Virus record (IMG/VR): IMGVR_UViG_3300036861_001106
Coordinates: 32,001-96,000 of that record
Source of the DNA: a virus
Direction: 5' to 3' (one strand)
Length of the DNA: 64,000 bases
The notes beneath the pieces were generated by a model. The model was given only the letters and a program-made list of their open reading frames with translations. It searched no databases and was not told the DNA's origin. Positions 27,406-37,551 of the stretch are shown here, piece by piece. The position numbers and the translations under genes are program-made. The number at the start of each line of letters is the position of its first letter. Position 1 is the stretch's first letter.

Positions 27406-30339
27406 ATGGCACGCTACGGTCTTGTCATCGCGCTCGACACAGGGCGCCTCGTGCAGATTGACCACGACACTGGGGCGTGGGTCCGCAACTACGGCGCCCT
27501 GAACGAGACCTGGGCCGGCAACGTCAGCGACTTCGACCCGACCACCGGGCTGCCCACCCCGGAGGCCCTCGGCGCGACCGACACCAGCAACCCCTGCGGC
27601 ACGACGGCGACCAGCGCGCTCGCCTACCTGCTGGACCCCAGCACCTGCCGCGTCCTCGCCTTCGACCCCCTCACCGGTGACCTCTATGCCACCTTCGGCG
27701 GTCGGCGCGGGATCGGCAGCGGCAAGATCACCCCGGACCCCACGCGGCGCTCCATCATCGCGCTCGCGAATGGCAAGATCTGGGTCACCGACAATGCGGG
27801 CGACTTTCTGGTCCAGTTTGCCACCGGGGGCACCTTCGAGGCGGACCACGCCATCAGCGGGTGGGCCACGGCGCTCAGCCTCGCCTTTGACCAGTGCACG
27901 GGCTTCGCCTTCGACGTGGCGCGGCAGCGGTACTGGGCACTCGTCGGCGCCACCGCCACGACGTACCTCATCGAGCTGGACACCAGCCTCGTGCCCACCG
28001 GCACGGTCATCGACCTCACGACGCGCCTGGCCAGCAGCCTCGGCATCACGGTCAGCGGCCACGGTGGGAGTGACCTGGGGCGTGCGCAGACCCGGGGGCT
28101 CTTCTTCCACAACGGCTACCTGTGCCTCACCTCCACGACCTACGTCGTCAAGGTCGACCTCACCAACAGCAGCGGGGATCAGCTCCTCAAGACGTTCGCG
28201 CAGGACGTCGGCCCGGGCGCCTGGGCCAGCGATGGGACCGAGTTCTCCTTTGTGGGGCGCGACCAGGTGGACGGGCAGCCAGTCGTCCACGTCCTGACCG
28301 TTGCCACCCTGGCGGAGCGCACGTACGGATTCCAGGTCACCGTGGACGATGGCGACCCCACCCACGTGGCTGCGCCGTGGGACTTGACCGTCTCCCCCAA
28401 CGTTGAGGACCCCAGCACCCGCACCAGCCGGGACCTGCAGGTCCGGGCGCGCATCCAGGCCACCGCCACGCGCGGCATCCAGCTCCGGGCCAGCATCCGC
28501 AACACCGTCCCGCGGACCCTCGACGCCCGGGCGCGCATCCTCCAGGGGGCCATCCAGCAGCTCACGATGCGGGCCCGCATCGTCGAGGCGACGACGCTGC
28601 TGGACCGCATGACGACGGCCTGGACGCTGGAGGACAGCGTCGGCAGCTTCAGCCGCGGGCTCACCCTGAGCTGCGCGGCCAACCCGGGGCTGGCGGTGGG
28701 GGACACCGTGACGCTCTACGCGGGCTACAACGACCCCGTGGACGGACCCACCCTGGTCAAGGTCTTCCACGGCGAGGTGGACGACGTCACCGTGGCGGAG
28801 GAGGCGGACTCCGCCCTCTACACCTTCACCCTGCGGGATGTGGGGGCCAAGGAGGCCAACAGCCGCCGGGTCACCCGCACGACGCAGACGCAGTTCCCGC
28901 GCACGACGACCGACGTGCCGTCGGTGAACGCGAACAACGCCCTGCTGGACCATGGAATTCTCAACCTGCCGGACTTTGAAGCTGGCGTAGGCGCTGGTGC
29001 CCCAGCCTTCTCCTTCTACGGCAACTTCACGGCGCGGGACGTGTCGCCCATCCAGGTCCTGCAGCAGCTCACCGAGCCGTGGAACCTGTTTGCCAGCAAC
29101 CAGTACTACCCCACTGTGCGCGACGGGCGCACCTTCAGCCAGCACATCAACTGGGCCAACCCACCAGCGGATGGGTACCGGCTCCCCCGGGCCCGGCTGA
29201 CCAGCCAGGTGCTGAAGCAGCAACGGTACATTGAATCGCCCAACCTGGTGGGGCTGGCCATCCAGGTGCGCGGCGCGACCTTCACGCTGCAGATCATCGA
29301 CCAGCTCGGGCCGCAGACGCGGATTGAGTACATGCGGTCGCTGGCCCAGAGCGACGTCACGACCCCCAGTGCCAGCAACATTGGCACCACGGCCTTCGCC
29401 ACCGAGTACGTGCTCACCGAGACCAGCAACGTCGAGGAGACCTGGGGGGACAAGGTGCTGTCGCGCACCTCCGAGACCTACGAGTCGCGGTTCACCTCCA
29501 CGGACGGCGGCGGGGGGGGCACGAAGCTCATCCACCGGGAGGTGGAGGCCAACCTGTACTTCGAACCGCCCGGGGACCTTGGCTTCGACTCCATCCAGAC
29601 CTCCAGCGCGGGCCCCTCCCCGCTGGCGCTGCCGCTGCAGGTCAACTCCATCGTGTCCGGCATCGACCCCACCGACTCGGTCTTCCGGGAGCTGCAGCGC
29701 ACGCAGACGAACTACTACTACGATGCCAAGAACAACCTTGCGGCGGAGAGCACGAGCGTCACCCTCTTCGATTCAAGCACCAACACCTGGAAGCTGGACA
29801 GCGTCCAGCAGCGGTTCCACAGCGAGACCACCGGGGGCAGCACGCGCACGCGGCGGCTCTCCTTCGCCAACGACGATGGCACGCTCACCTTCGACACGGC
29901 GGATGGCCAGCAGGTCGGGGGACGCCGGCCCAACCCGGCCCTCATCTCGGGCCTCGCCTCGGTGGTGACGTCGCAGGCGATGTTCCCGATCCCTGACATT
30001 GTGGTCGACTTTCTCGGCTCGCACGTTAGCCTCCCGGTGGCCACGCCCACGTGGCTCTACGAGAACCCACTCCTGGGGCAGGACGACTGCGAGACGGTCT
30101 ACAGCTTGGCGGTCACGGAGCAGGGGCTGCAGGCCAACCCGCTGGTCCGGTGGGAGACGATCGACTTCGCGGGGCCCTTCGACCCGAACCTGCAGTCGGG
30201 CATGGCCCTCCAGTTGGAGCGCCAGCCCGGGGTGTGGGTGGACTACTGGGTGGAGAGCGTCGCCCACAGCTACACGGCGGACGAGGCACTGTCCCGGGGG
30301 TCGGCCAAGAGGATCACAACTGACCCGCTGCCAGCATAG
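27406..30339 (+). CDS. putative tail tip/hub protein (N-terminal propeller-like region, RARI repeats, C-terminal hub-like region)
   Basis: 977 aa; KVFHGEVDDV and YWVESVAHSY hub-like motifs. Confidence 0.6.
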   Translation: MARYGLVIALDTGRLVQIDHDTGAWVRNYGALNETWAGNVSDFDPTTGLPTPEALGATDTSNPCGTTATSALAYLLDPSTCRVLAFDPLTGDLYATFGGRRGIGSGKITPDPTRRSIIALANGKIWVTDNAGDFLVQFATGGTFEADHAISGWATALSLAFDQCTGFAFDVARQRYWALVGATATTYLIELDTSLVPTGTVIDLTTRLASSLGITVSGHGGSDLGRAQTRGLFFHNGYLCLTSTTYVVKVDLTNSSGDQLLKTFAQDVGPGAWASDGTEFSFVGRDQVDGQPVVHVLTVATLAERTYGFQVTVDDGDPTHVAAPWDLTVSPNVEDPSTRTSRDLQVRARIQATATRGIQLRASIRNTVPRTLDARARILQGAIQQLTMRARIVEATTLLDRMTTAWTLEDSVGSFSRGLTLSCAANPGLAVGDTVTLYAGYNDPVDGPTLVKVFHGEVDDVTVAEEADSALYTFTLRDVGAKEANSRRVTRTTQTQFPRTTTDVPSVNANNALLDHGILNLPDFEAGVGAGAPAFSFYGNFTARDVSPIQVLQQLTEPWNLFASNQYYPTVRDGRTFSQHINWANPPADGYRLPRARLTSQVLKQQRYIESPNLVGLAIQVRGATFTLQIIDQLGPQTRIEYMRSLAQSDVTTPSASNIGTTAFATEYVLTETSNVEETWGDKVLSRTSETYESRFTSTDGGGGGTKLIHREVEANLYFEPPGDLGFDSIQTSSAGPSPLALPLQVNSIVSGIDPTDSVFRELQRTQTNYYYDAKNNLAAESTSVTLFDSSTNTWKLDSVQQRFHSETTGGSTRTRRLSFANDDGTLTFDTADGQQVGGRRPNPALISGLASVVTSQAMFPIPDIVVDFLGSHVSLPVATPTWLYENPLLGQDDCETVYSLAVTEQGLQANPLVRWETIDFAGPFDPNLQSGMALQLERQPGVWVDYWVESVAHSYTADEALSRGSAKRITTDPLPA

Positions 30340-30347
30340 GAGGTACG

Positions 30348-30614
30348 TTGGCCAACATCGCTGAGATTCTGGCGCAGCGCCGGCGGGAGGCCACTCCTGG
30401 CACCGCTGCCAGCACCGCCGGCGCCGTGGTGAGCGGCATCATCGTTGCCCAGGCGGGGCCACGCTTCGTCGTGTCGGTGGCGGGGATGGACAGCTTCGCC
30501 GCGGAGACGATTGTGACGGAGACCCTGCGCGAGGGCGACCGGGTCTGGATCGCCACCGGCAAGGCGACGGCGGTGATCGTGGGGCTGCAGGGTCGCGATT
30601 CAGAGTTCGACTGA
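30348..30614 (+). CDS. small tail-tip OB-fold-like protein
   Basis: LREGDRVWI..AVIVG; AGGAGG RBS. Confidence 0.55.
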   Translation: MANIAEILAQRRREATPGTAASTAGAVVSGIIVAQAGPRFVVSVAGMDSFAAETIVTETLREGDRVWIATGKATAVIVGLQGRDSEFD

Positions 30615-31738
30615 TGGCCAACCTCCTCGACGCCTTTGAGCCCCACCGCACGGCCACGGGCCAGCCGCAGGAGCAGGGCGCGGCGCTGCGCATCGTCCCG
30701 GCGCAGCCCACCGGCACGCCACCCAACACCGTGTGGATGGGACCGGAGTTGGGCTACCTCTACTACACCGGCTCCCAGCCCAAGGCGGATGACCTCGTCG
30801 CCGTGGTGGGCATCCAGGGAGCGCAGGTGGTGATGCTGCGGGAGACCCCGCCGCTGCGCGACCCCGTGATCGTCAGCGGCTGCAAGTGCCGCTGCCAGGC
30901 CGGGGTCGGCACGATCTTCACGGTGATCAGCAACGTCAGCAGCCAGCGCCTGTCGCACGTCGTGGCGTTCGGCGTGCCGGACTTCCCGGTGCAGCAGTTC
31001 TTTGGGCACGAGGAGACCTTCAGGATCGTGGGGCTGGCGGTGGACCGGCTCACGCCCTTCACGCTCTACCTGCTCGACGACCGGCGCTCGCTCTTCAACA
31101 AGGTGACGGACGCCAGCCCCCTGCAGCAGGTGCCGGAGAACAGCTACTACACGGTCGTCCAGCTCGACCTGGTGGGGGACACCTACGCGGCGACGGCCAG
31201 CTACACCCTCGCCAACCCCGGGGTGCCCGGGTCCATCATCTTCACGCTCGACCCGGTGGAGGACCTCATCCGCAACCAGCTTGACCCGCCGTCGATCTAC
31301 CCGGGGAACCCACTCTCCGTCATCGACAGTCAACTGCACGTGACCATGAACCGCGCGCCGGCCCGGTACCAGCGCCTGGAGGCGGGGGTGCTGGTGACCC
31401 ACACCCTCACGCTGGACGGCGACCCGTACGCCAAGGGGCTGCGGGGGCGCATCGTGCAGGTGCGCGACCGGCCCGCGAAGCGGCAACTGCGCTACGCCAT
31501 CGCCTGGGCTGGCAGCGACAGCTTCGACGACGCCAAGCCAGGAGCTGCCTTTGAGGTGCTGGAGTTCAATGACGCCGACGAGATCACCGCCCGGGTCACG
31601 GACGCGGCGCTGATTAGCCCCTTCCAACTGGCGAACAACTGCAACCGCCTGGTCGTGCTGCAGTCCGACCGCTACGGCCGCACGGCCAACGACCTGGGCG
31701 GCACGGCCCTGCCGCGGGAGGCGGACGAGGAGGCCTGA
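30614..31738 (+). CDS. putative minor tail protein
   Basis: coupled ORF at the end of the tail module. Confidence 0.55.
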   Translation: MANLLDAFEPHRTATGQPQEQGAALRIVPAQPTGTPPNTVWMGPELGYLYYTGSQPKADDLVAVVGIQGAQVVMLRETPPLRDPVIVSGCKCRCQAGVGTIFTVISNVSSQRLSHVVAFGVPDFPVQQFFGHEETFRIVGLAVDRLTPFTLYLLDDRRSLFNKVTDASPLQQVPENSYYTVVQLDLVGDTYAATASYTLANPGVPGSIIFTLDPVEDLIRNQLDPPSIYPGNPLSVIDSQLHVTMNRAPARYQRLEAGVLVTHTLTLDGDPYAKGLRGRIVQVRDRPAKRQLRYAIAWAGSDSFDDAKPGAAFEVLEFNDADEITARVTDAALISPFQLANNCNRLVVLQSDRYGRTANDLGGTALPREADEEA

Positions 31739-32952
31739 TGGCGGGTGAGAAGGAGTTCATCGCCGACTTCTGCAAGGCACGCCGCTTCACGCGGTTCCAG
31801 ACGAAGCGCAACCTGGCTGCGCCCCTCGACGTCCTGGACGTCACCACCATCGCGCCGCTGGGCTGCAACCTGATCGCCGGGCACCAGGGGACGGAGGCAG
31901 GGGTGATCCTCTCGACGGTGGACCACCGCACGGGGGGCTACGGCAGTGCCATCCTCACCTCCGCAGACCCTGAATCGGTGTTCAACCCAGGCCCGGCGAC
32001 CAACGTCGACGCCACGCCCACGCTGCAGCTCACGGGCGCGGCGACCCTGCCCTTCCCCACCACCAACGTGTCCTCCACGATCGACTACAACCTCGCCGGG
32101 CGCCTCTGGTGGGCCGAGGTGGACGACGTCGAGACCTACGGGGAGAATCAGCGGAACGCCCTCACCTTCGGCTTTGGCGGCGACTACGGCCCCACGAAGA
32201 CCCTGCACCTGCCCACCGGCAAGGAGTTCACGCACTCCTTTGGCCGCCTGGCCTACCACGTCTACACGAATCAGGTCCTCATGCCGCGCCTCAACGTGCC
32301 GCTGACGCCCCTGGGGCTGGGGTACGTCCCCAGCCACAGCCGGTACGAGTGGCCGGCGGGCGTGCCGGGTGTGGGGGGGATTGCGACGGAGACCAGCTTC
32401 GCCGGGGAGGTGTGGAGCTTTGGCGTGTTCTTCTACCAGGTGCACCCGGCGCTCGTCGGGTTCAACGGCGAGGAGGTCTCTGACTACATCCTGAACCCCC
32501 TCCAGCCCCACGTGGTGCAGAATGACATCTTCGACCGGAAGTACTGCTACGTCGACCTGGAGACCCTGACGTGGCCCGCCTACGGGGGCAGCGTGGCTCG
32601 TGCCTACACCATCCCCGGTGGGCTGCGGCCGCAGTCGGTGATCTACAGCCAGAGCGCCAACTCCCCGGGCTGGACCCTCACGATCAACGGCACCCCGATT
32701 GGCCTCGGTGGGGGGAGCGCCGTGCTACCCACGCCGCAGCTCATCCCCTTCCCCCCCTCCTCGGTCGGTGGCAGTGCCACGCCCTGCGACGCGGCGACTG
32801 AGGCAGACCTGGGCCTCGACACGACCCTCTTCACCTTCGTGGCCACGGGCTTCGCGAAGGTCCTGACGGTGGGACCACTCCTCTTCAGCGGGCTGGCAGG
32901 CCCCCGGCAGTACGAGTTCATCGTGTCATTCCTACACGTGCCGCCGCCATAG
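31738..32952 (+). CDS. putative minor tail protein
   Basis: coupled ORF, last + strand gene of the module. Confidence 0.55.
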   Translation: MAGEKEFIADFCKARRFTRFQTKRNLAAPLDVLDVTTIAPLGCNLIAGHQGTEAGVILSTVDHRTGGYGSAILTSADPESVFNPGPATNVDATPTLQLTGAATLPFPTTNVSSTIDYNLAGRLWWAEVDDVETYGENQRNALTFGFGGDYGPTKTLHLPTGKEFTHSFGRLAYHVYTNQVLMPRLNVPLTPLGLGYVPSHSRYEWPAGVPGVGGIATETSFAGEVWSFGVFFYQVHPALVGFNGEEVSDYILNPLQPHVVQNDIFDRKYCYVDLETLTWPAYGGSVARAYTIPGGLRPQSVIYSQSANSPGWTLTINGTPIGLGGGSAVLPTPQLIPFPPSSVGGSATPCDAATEADLGLDTTLFTFVATGFAKVLTVGPLLFSGLAGPRQYEFIVSFLHVPPP

Positions 32953-33456
32953 GACGCACTCGATCAGGGGGGTGACGTCCCACCCCTGCCCCGGCACCCA
33001 GGTCAGCGTGAAGGTCTGCGGCGGGGTGGGCCACTGGGTGAGAGAGGTGCGCCCTGGGTCCTCGAACATCGCGAGCGTCCAGGTGTGGGTGCGCACCAGG
33101 CTCGCGTACGGCACCGCGAACGCCTGCCGGCGCGAGCTGCCCAGGTCCCGCAGCTCCGTGAGCACCAGGGCCACGCTGCCAGCGTCGTGCGCGCGCTGCA
33201 GCCCCCGGTGCTGCGAGGGTCGCACGTCGGCGAGCCTCACCACGACCGTGTCGGGACCCCAGCCGTGGGGCTTGTCGCGCGTGCCGAGCTTCCGCAGCTT
33301 CGTCTCGATCTTCACGTGCCGCCCCCGCACCCCGCACACGAGGTCGCAGGGCTTGGACACGCCACGGGCGAGGTCAGAGAAGCGGTCAGCGTCACAGCCT
33401 GCGGCCCGGAGGGCCTTGATCAGCTCGGTCTTGAAGTCAGCCTCGCGGTAGTTCAC
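32932..33456 (-). CDS. PD-(D/E)XK nuclease, Holliday-junction resolvase-like
   Basis: E..F, PCDL, IETK, Q..L..AG. Confidence 0.7.
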   Translation of the reverse strand: MNYREADFKTELIKALRAAGCDADRFSDLARGVSKPCDLVCGVRGRHVKIETKLRKLGTRDKPHGWGPDTVVVRLADVRPSQHRGLQRAHDAGSVALVLTELRDLGSSRRQAFAVPYASLVRTHTWTLAMFEDPGRTSLTQWPTPPQTFTLTWVPGQGWDVTPLIECVLWRRHV

Positions 33457-33722
33457 CGGCCATTCTCCTGGCGGCGCTCAGCCCACCGGCGGCGCTGACT
33501 TGCCCCGATCTTGGCTCTGGTCGCGGCTGACAGCCGCTTCCCCAGGCGTGCCGCCCGCAGCTTGGCCCGGGTCTCGAAGCTGGCCTGCTGCCCCAGGCGT
33601 GCTGCCCGGAGCTTCGCCCGCGTGGCCGCCGTGACGGGCCTGCGCTGCGCCTGGCTCAGGACCAGCACGCGCCGCTCCAGGGCAGCAAGGTGCTGCAGCA
33701 GGTCCTGCAGCGGCCAGCTCAC
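33453..33722 (-). CDS. NUMOD3-repeat DNA-binding protein
   Basis: three S/TxxTRAK[LI] repeats. Confidence 0.6.
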   Translation of the reverse strand: MSWPLQDLLQHLAALERRVLVLSQAQRRPVTAATRAKLRAARLGQQASFETRAKLRAARLGKRLSAATRAKIGASQRRRWAERRQENGR

Positions 33723-34099
33723 TGGACCTCCAGGTCATCCAACGGTACCGTCGTGACTGGCAGCAGCTCGCGGCTTGGCGACTGCCGCTCCACGTCCTCG
33801 TCGTCGTGGTGGGTGGAGGTCTCAAGCAGGACCAGTTCTGGCGCAGCCATGGGGCACCAAAACATGTGCCATGACCCCGTGGGTACCTCCACGATGACCC
33901 CCGGAGTCAGGTCGATGGGCTCGCCGTCCAGCAGCATGCCCCCACGGCCGCGTTCCACGATGAAGCACTCCGACTTCACCCTGTGCCGGTGGAGGGAACA
34001 GCGCCAGCCGGGCTTGACGAGCAGCCGCTTGGCGCAGAGCTGGGGGCTGTTGAAGTAGACAAGCTCAGTACCCCACGCTTTGGAAATTCGGTGGCTCAT
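33719..34099 (-). CDS. cupin, sugar-isomerase-like
   Basis: KAWG.E, CSLHRH..K.E.F, WHMF, LETST.H. Confidence 0.8.
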   Translation of the reverse strand: MSHRISKAWGTELVYFNSPQLCAKRLLVKPGWRCSLHRHRVKSECFIVERGRGGMLLDGEPIDLTPGVIVEVPTGSWHMFWCPMAAPELVLLETSTHHDDEDVERQSPSRELLPVTTVPLDDLEVQ

Positions 34100-35139
34100 G
34101 TGGGTGTCTCCGCGATGGGTGAGCCGACTCCGTACTGCCTGCAGCAAAGTGCGGCTTTATCCTGCCCCACCCCCACCAGCACGCTCAGCGCATCATAGCT
34201 CACCTCGGTCCCATGTGGGTGCGGTGCTGCCGGGTGGCTGAGCTGGACGGCGATGGCTGCCAGGAAGGCGTCGCCAGCCCCCGTCACGTCCACCACCTCG
34301 GTGGCGCGGCTCCGGTGCAGTCCCGTCGTCACAAAGGTGCGCAGCCCCCCGCAGCCAGTGCCGACCGCGCGGTAAGCAGCCACGCCAAACTCGCCCAGGG
34401 TCACGAGGACCAGGTTGGCGGCGAGCCTGGGCCACGACCAGGCCGGTTCATCGATGAACCCAGGCCATGCCGCATCCATCTCATGGCAGTTGCACACCAG
34501 CGCGTCGGCGGGGAACTGTGCCCACCGCGCGGGCTGCTTCGAGTTCACGACGGCCAGGAGCCGGTGCTCCTCCACGAATGCACCGAGCCTCTCCACGAGC
34601 TGCGCCCCAGGGTCCCCAGTGAACATGCCCTTGTCGTAGTCCACCATGACAAGCACTGGTGGGGTTGGCGTGCAGCGGAGGGAGTTGCGCAGGTTCTCCA
34701 GCAGGCCAGCGACGTCAGGCGGCTGGAGGGTGAGGTCCGAGTCCCGGTCGAGGCGCACGACCTGGCGGTAGCGGTCGCCCGGGCGCTGCAGGTAGACGCG
34801 CTCCTTCACGGTGTTGATGCCCACCTGCCGCTGGAGGGCGTAGCAGATCCCCACGTCCGCCTGCCGCGCCAGGCTCTGGATCAGCGCGGCCTCGCTGCCC
34901 TGGCGCCCCAGGAGGCAGTGCAGCCGCGTGCGCCGCCCACTCAGCAGCCGCGCCCACCGGGCCACGTTGCCGGCGAGGCCCAGGTGCACCTCCCGGCGCT
35001 CCTGGTCGCCGATGGGGCACTCGGGGCACTCTGGGGACTGGCGCTGGTGCTGGATGAAGCGGCCCACGTCGACGCCACAGTCGCCAAGTACCCAGATTGG
35101 CGCGCCTTGCGCAGTCACTGAGCCCGTTGAGTCAACCAC
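34096..35139 (-). CDS. PfkB-family kinase, heptose-7-phosphate kinase (HldA/RfaE domain I)-like
   Basis: LGD..VD, SPE.P.PI, G.AGNVA, KER, RLD, DY.KG, DVTGAGD. Confidence 0.8.
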   Translation of the reverse strand: MVDSTGSVTAQGAPIWVLGDCGVDVGRFIQHQRQSPECPECPIGDQERREVHLGLAGNVARWARLLSGRRTRLHCLLGRQGSEAALIQSLARQADVGICYALQRQVGINTVKERVYLQRPGDRYRQVVRLDRDSDLTLQPPDVAGLLENLRNSLRCTPTPPVLVMVDYDKGMFTGDPGAQLVERLGAFVEEHRLLAVVNSKQPARWAQFPADALVCNCHEMDAAWPGFIDEPAWSWPRLAANLVLVTLGEFGVAAYRAVGTGCGGLRTFVTTGLHRSRATEVVDVTGAGDAFLAAIAVQLSHPAAPHPHGTEVSYDALSVLVGVGQDKAALCCRQYGVGSPIAETPT

Positions 35140-35324
35140 TCCTCACCCTCCTTGTCCCCCTGCTCAGCGTCGCGCGCCCAGTCCCAGACCACGTACGTCT
35201 TCTTGTTCTCCGTGCAGAGTTGCTGGCTCTGCAGGACCCAGCCCTCACCCTCCGGCTGCAGCGGGTTCGGCACCTGCTGACCCGCTCGCACCTCCTGCAT
35301 CGTCCGCGTCAGTTGCTTGAACAT
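35115..35324 (-). CDS. hypothetical protein
   Basis: GGAGG RBS. Confidence 0.45.
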   Translation of the reverse strand: MFKQLTRTMQEVRAGQQVPNPLQPEGEGWVLQSQQLCTENKKTYVVWDWARDAEQGDKEGEEWLTQRAQ

Positions 35325-35483
35325 CTGAACTACCTCCCGGCACCGTGGTGGTGTACCGCTGAATGTGCGCCAACAGCCCCTCACAGCGGGCCAGCGCCTC
35401 CTCGACGCGGCCAAGCTTGCCCTCAAGCTGCTTCAGCCGTTGCTCCAGGTCATCGAATCGCGCGTCCGGGGTGTGGTACAGGT

Positions 35484-36074
35484 TCACCGCGCCGCCTCCG
35501 CGCGCTCCCGCAGCGTCGCCACCATGCGCTCAAGCTGCGGCGTCAGCGCCCCGGTCACCGGGTCGAGGAGCTGCAGCAGCGTGAAGCTGCCCTTCTGCTG
35601 CACCTGTGACCGCGCCAGCAGGTGGTTCAGGTCGGTCAGCCACTGACCCAGGCGCATGGTTGACCATCCCTTGGCGCGCTCCACGTCCTTTTCCTCCAGG
35701 CGCAGCTTCACCCGCCAGGGGAGGTCCACCAGGCAGAGGAGCCACGCGTCGCGCGCGGCCAGGTCCGCGTCGATGGCGCGCCACTGGGCCCCGGTGAGGT
35801 CGCTGGCCTCCTCGCCCGCGCAGGCCCCTGCCGTCAGGTGGCAGCGCGCGATGACGAGCGGCTCAGCAGTGAGGGGGCGCTGCAGGGTCCACTGCAGGTT
35901 CTTGAACTCCTGGTCGACCCGCACGGCGTGGCGGCGGAGGGTGGCGGGCACCTCCTGGGCCAGCCGTTGCGCCAGCGTGTGCACGCCCGAGCAGGGCATG
36001 CCGTCGACGATCACCAGCGGCGGGGGGGGTGGCTTCTTGGGTAAGTCCAGCAGCGAGCGTGGTCTCTTGTCCAT
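35484..36074 (-). CDS. thymidylate-kinase-like P-loop protein with degenerate Walker A
   Basis: VIVDGMPCSGVHTLA; VIARCHLT. Confidence 0.55.
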   Translation of the reverse strand: MDKRPRSLLDLPKKPPPPPLVIVDGMPCSGVHTLAQRLAQEVPATLRRHAVRVDQEFKNLQWTLQRPLTAEPLVIARCHLTAGACAGEEASDLTGAQWRAIDADLAARDAWLLCLVDLPWRVKLRLEEKDVERAKGWSTMRLGQWLTDLNHLLARSQVQQKGSFTLLQLLDPVTGALTPQLERMVATLRERAEAAR

Positions 36075-36565
36075 CACCAGGGCTCCGAGGTCCACTGATA
36101 CCGCCGGAGGTGCTCGGCGACCTCCGCGTCGGTGTCACTCCACTCCTTGACCATCTCGCGGCTCAGGGCGTGGAGGTAGGTCTCTGGGTTCTCTGTCACC
36201 TGCACCCTGGCTACCTGCGGACCTGCGACGGGGGCAGCCAGTGCCTCCTCCAGGGTGTGGAAGATCGCAAGCCCAAGCTCCTGTGCCAGGCCCAGCTCCT
36301 GGTCAGCCCCGGGCGACGGGGCCAGGTAGAGGAGGCCCTGACACTGCCGCACCCACGTCAGGGCCCACTGCAGCCAGCGGTGGTAGGGCACCTCCGTGCC
36401 CCGCCCCACGTTGTGCAGGTGCCAGAAGTGGCTGAGCAGGGGGCAGAAGGGCTCGTGCCCCGCCAGCAGGAGGGCAGTTGCAGCCTCCAGGCTACGAAGC
36501 ACGTTGCGGTGGACGGCCTCCGGGGTTGCCGCCGTGTACGGCGAGGCGATGTAGATCCGCATCAC
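36074..36565 (-). CDS. DUF1937/nucleoside deoxyribosyltransferase-like protein
   Basis: IYIASPY, PFCP, SPGADQE..A..LG. Confidence 0.75.
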   Translation of the reverse strand: MMRIYIASPYTAATPEAVHRNVLRSLEAATALLLAGHEPFCPLLSHFWHLHNVGRGTEVPYHRWLQWALTWVRQCQGLLYLAPSPGADQELGLAQELGLAIFHTLEEALAAPVAGPQVARVQVTENPETYLHALSREMVKEWSDTDAEVAEHLRRYQWTSEPW

Positions 36566-37068
36566 GTCCCTCCCTCGGGGCCAGGTGGTCCAATGGGTGG
36601 GGTGATCGCGGCGATCTCCGCCACCTTGGCGGCGACGTCGGCGGCCTTGACGGCGGCGTGCGCCGTGCGCTCGGCCAGCTCCGTCAGCGTGGTGGCCTGG
36701 ACGGCCGCCTTCACCTCCCCCTCGTCGCGGCCCAGGAGGCGCTCCGCCTGGGCAGTGCGCGCCAGCAGCTCGGCCAGCCGGCCGTTCACGACGATCCGCA
36801 TCTCGTTCAGCGCGGCGGCGTTCTCAGTGCCCTTGATCAGCGCCAGGACGGCGGCGATGGTGGGCGCCGTCACGGCCACGATGGTCGCGATGAGCTGCGA
36901 GTTGTCCTGCTCGGGGCGCAGGATGAGGACGACGACGATGGTGGCAAGGGTGACCATCGTGCCGCCGATGGCCAGCAGGAGGTACGGCCACTTTGGCGCT
37001 GGGACAAACTCCGGCAACACCTGCGTGCCCCCGGGGGCGAGTGGGACCTTGGTCATGGGTGGGGTCAT
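36562..37068 (-). CDS. two-TM membrane protein (holin-like)
   Basis: two TM helices followed by VNGRL..LL. Confidence 0.55.
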   Translation of the reverse strand: MTPPMTKVPLAPGGTQVLPEFVPAPKWPYLLLAIGGTMVTLATIVVVLILRPEQDNSQLIATIVAVTAPTIAAVLALIKGTENAAALNEMRIVVNGRLAELLARTAQAERLLGRDEGEVKAAVQATTLTELAERTAHAAVKAADVAAKVAEIAAITPPIGPPGPEGGT

Positions 37069-37143
37069 TCATTCCTCATTTCTCCTGGCCAGGAAGTTCA
37101 GTGGTTCTGGACTCCGTATTGCCTTTCCTTCCTTCTCGGGTCC

Positions 37144-37551
37144 TCATCGCTTGAACAAGATGATGGCGCTCACGGTGGCACTCATCAGGGCCAGCAAGCC
37201 CGTGATGATGACCGCCACCAGGTTCCACTTCCCCTTCGTCTCCTCGATTGACCGGATCTCCAACGCCTTCCGCACGTCAGTCAGCGTGGCGGTGAAGTCG
37301 GCGATGGTGCGCTCCATGAGCGTCACGCGAATCAGCAGTGGGGGCTGCCCATTGCCGTCGCGGATGATCTTGAGCACGGTGTCCAGGTTGCGGGTCAAGG
37401 ATTGCACGTCTCGGGTCAGGTCCTGCACGTCGCGCCGGATCTCCGCGACGCTCAGGTCCGTCGTTGTCAGGGCCGGGTTGACTGCCACCTGGACTGGCCG
37501 GGGCTCCGGGTTGTTGCCGGGCTCATTCGCCATGAGTGTCGCCGCGCTCAT
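37144..37551 (-). CDS. coiled-coil protein with C-terminal TM
   Basis: heptad RDVQDLT repeats, GNGQP, C-terminal hydrophobic helix. Confidence 0.6.
   Translation of the reverse strand: MSAATLMANEPGNNPEPRPVQVAVNPALTTTDLSVAEIRRDVQDLTRDVQSLTRNLDTVLKIIRDGNGQPPLLIRVTLMERTIADFTATLTDVRKALEIRSIEETKGKWNLVAVIITGLLALMSATVSAIILFKR

Noticed and set aside
27070-29535. Long antisense ORFs (821 aa here; also 2517-4025, 36029-37624, 56671-58452)
   Set aside because: Shadows of high-GC3 genes on the opposite strand with no domain motifs
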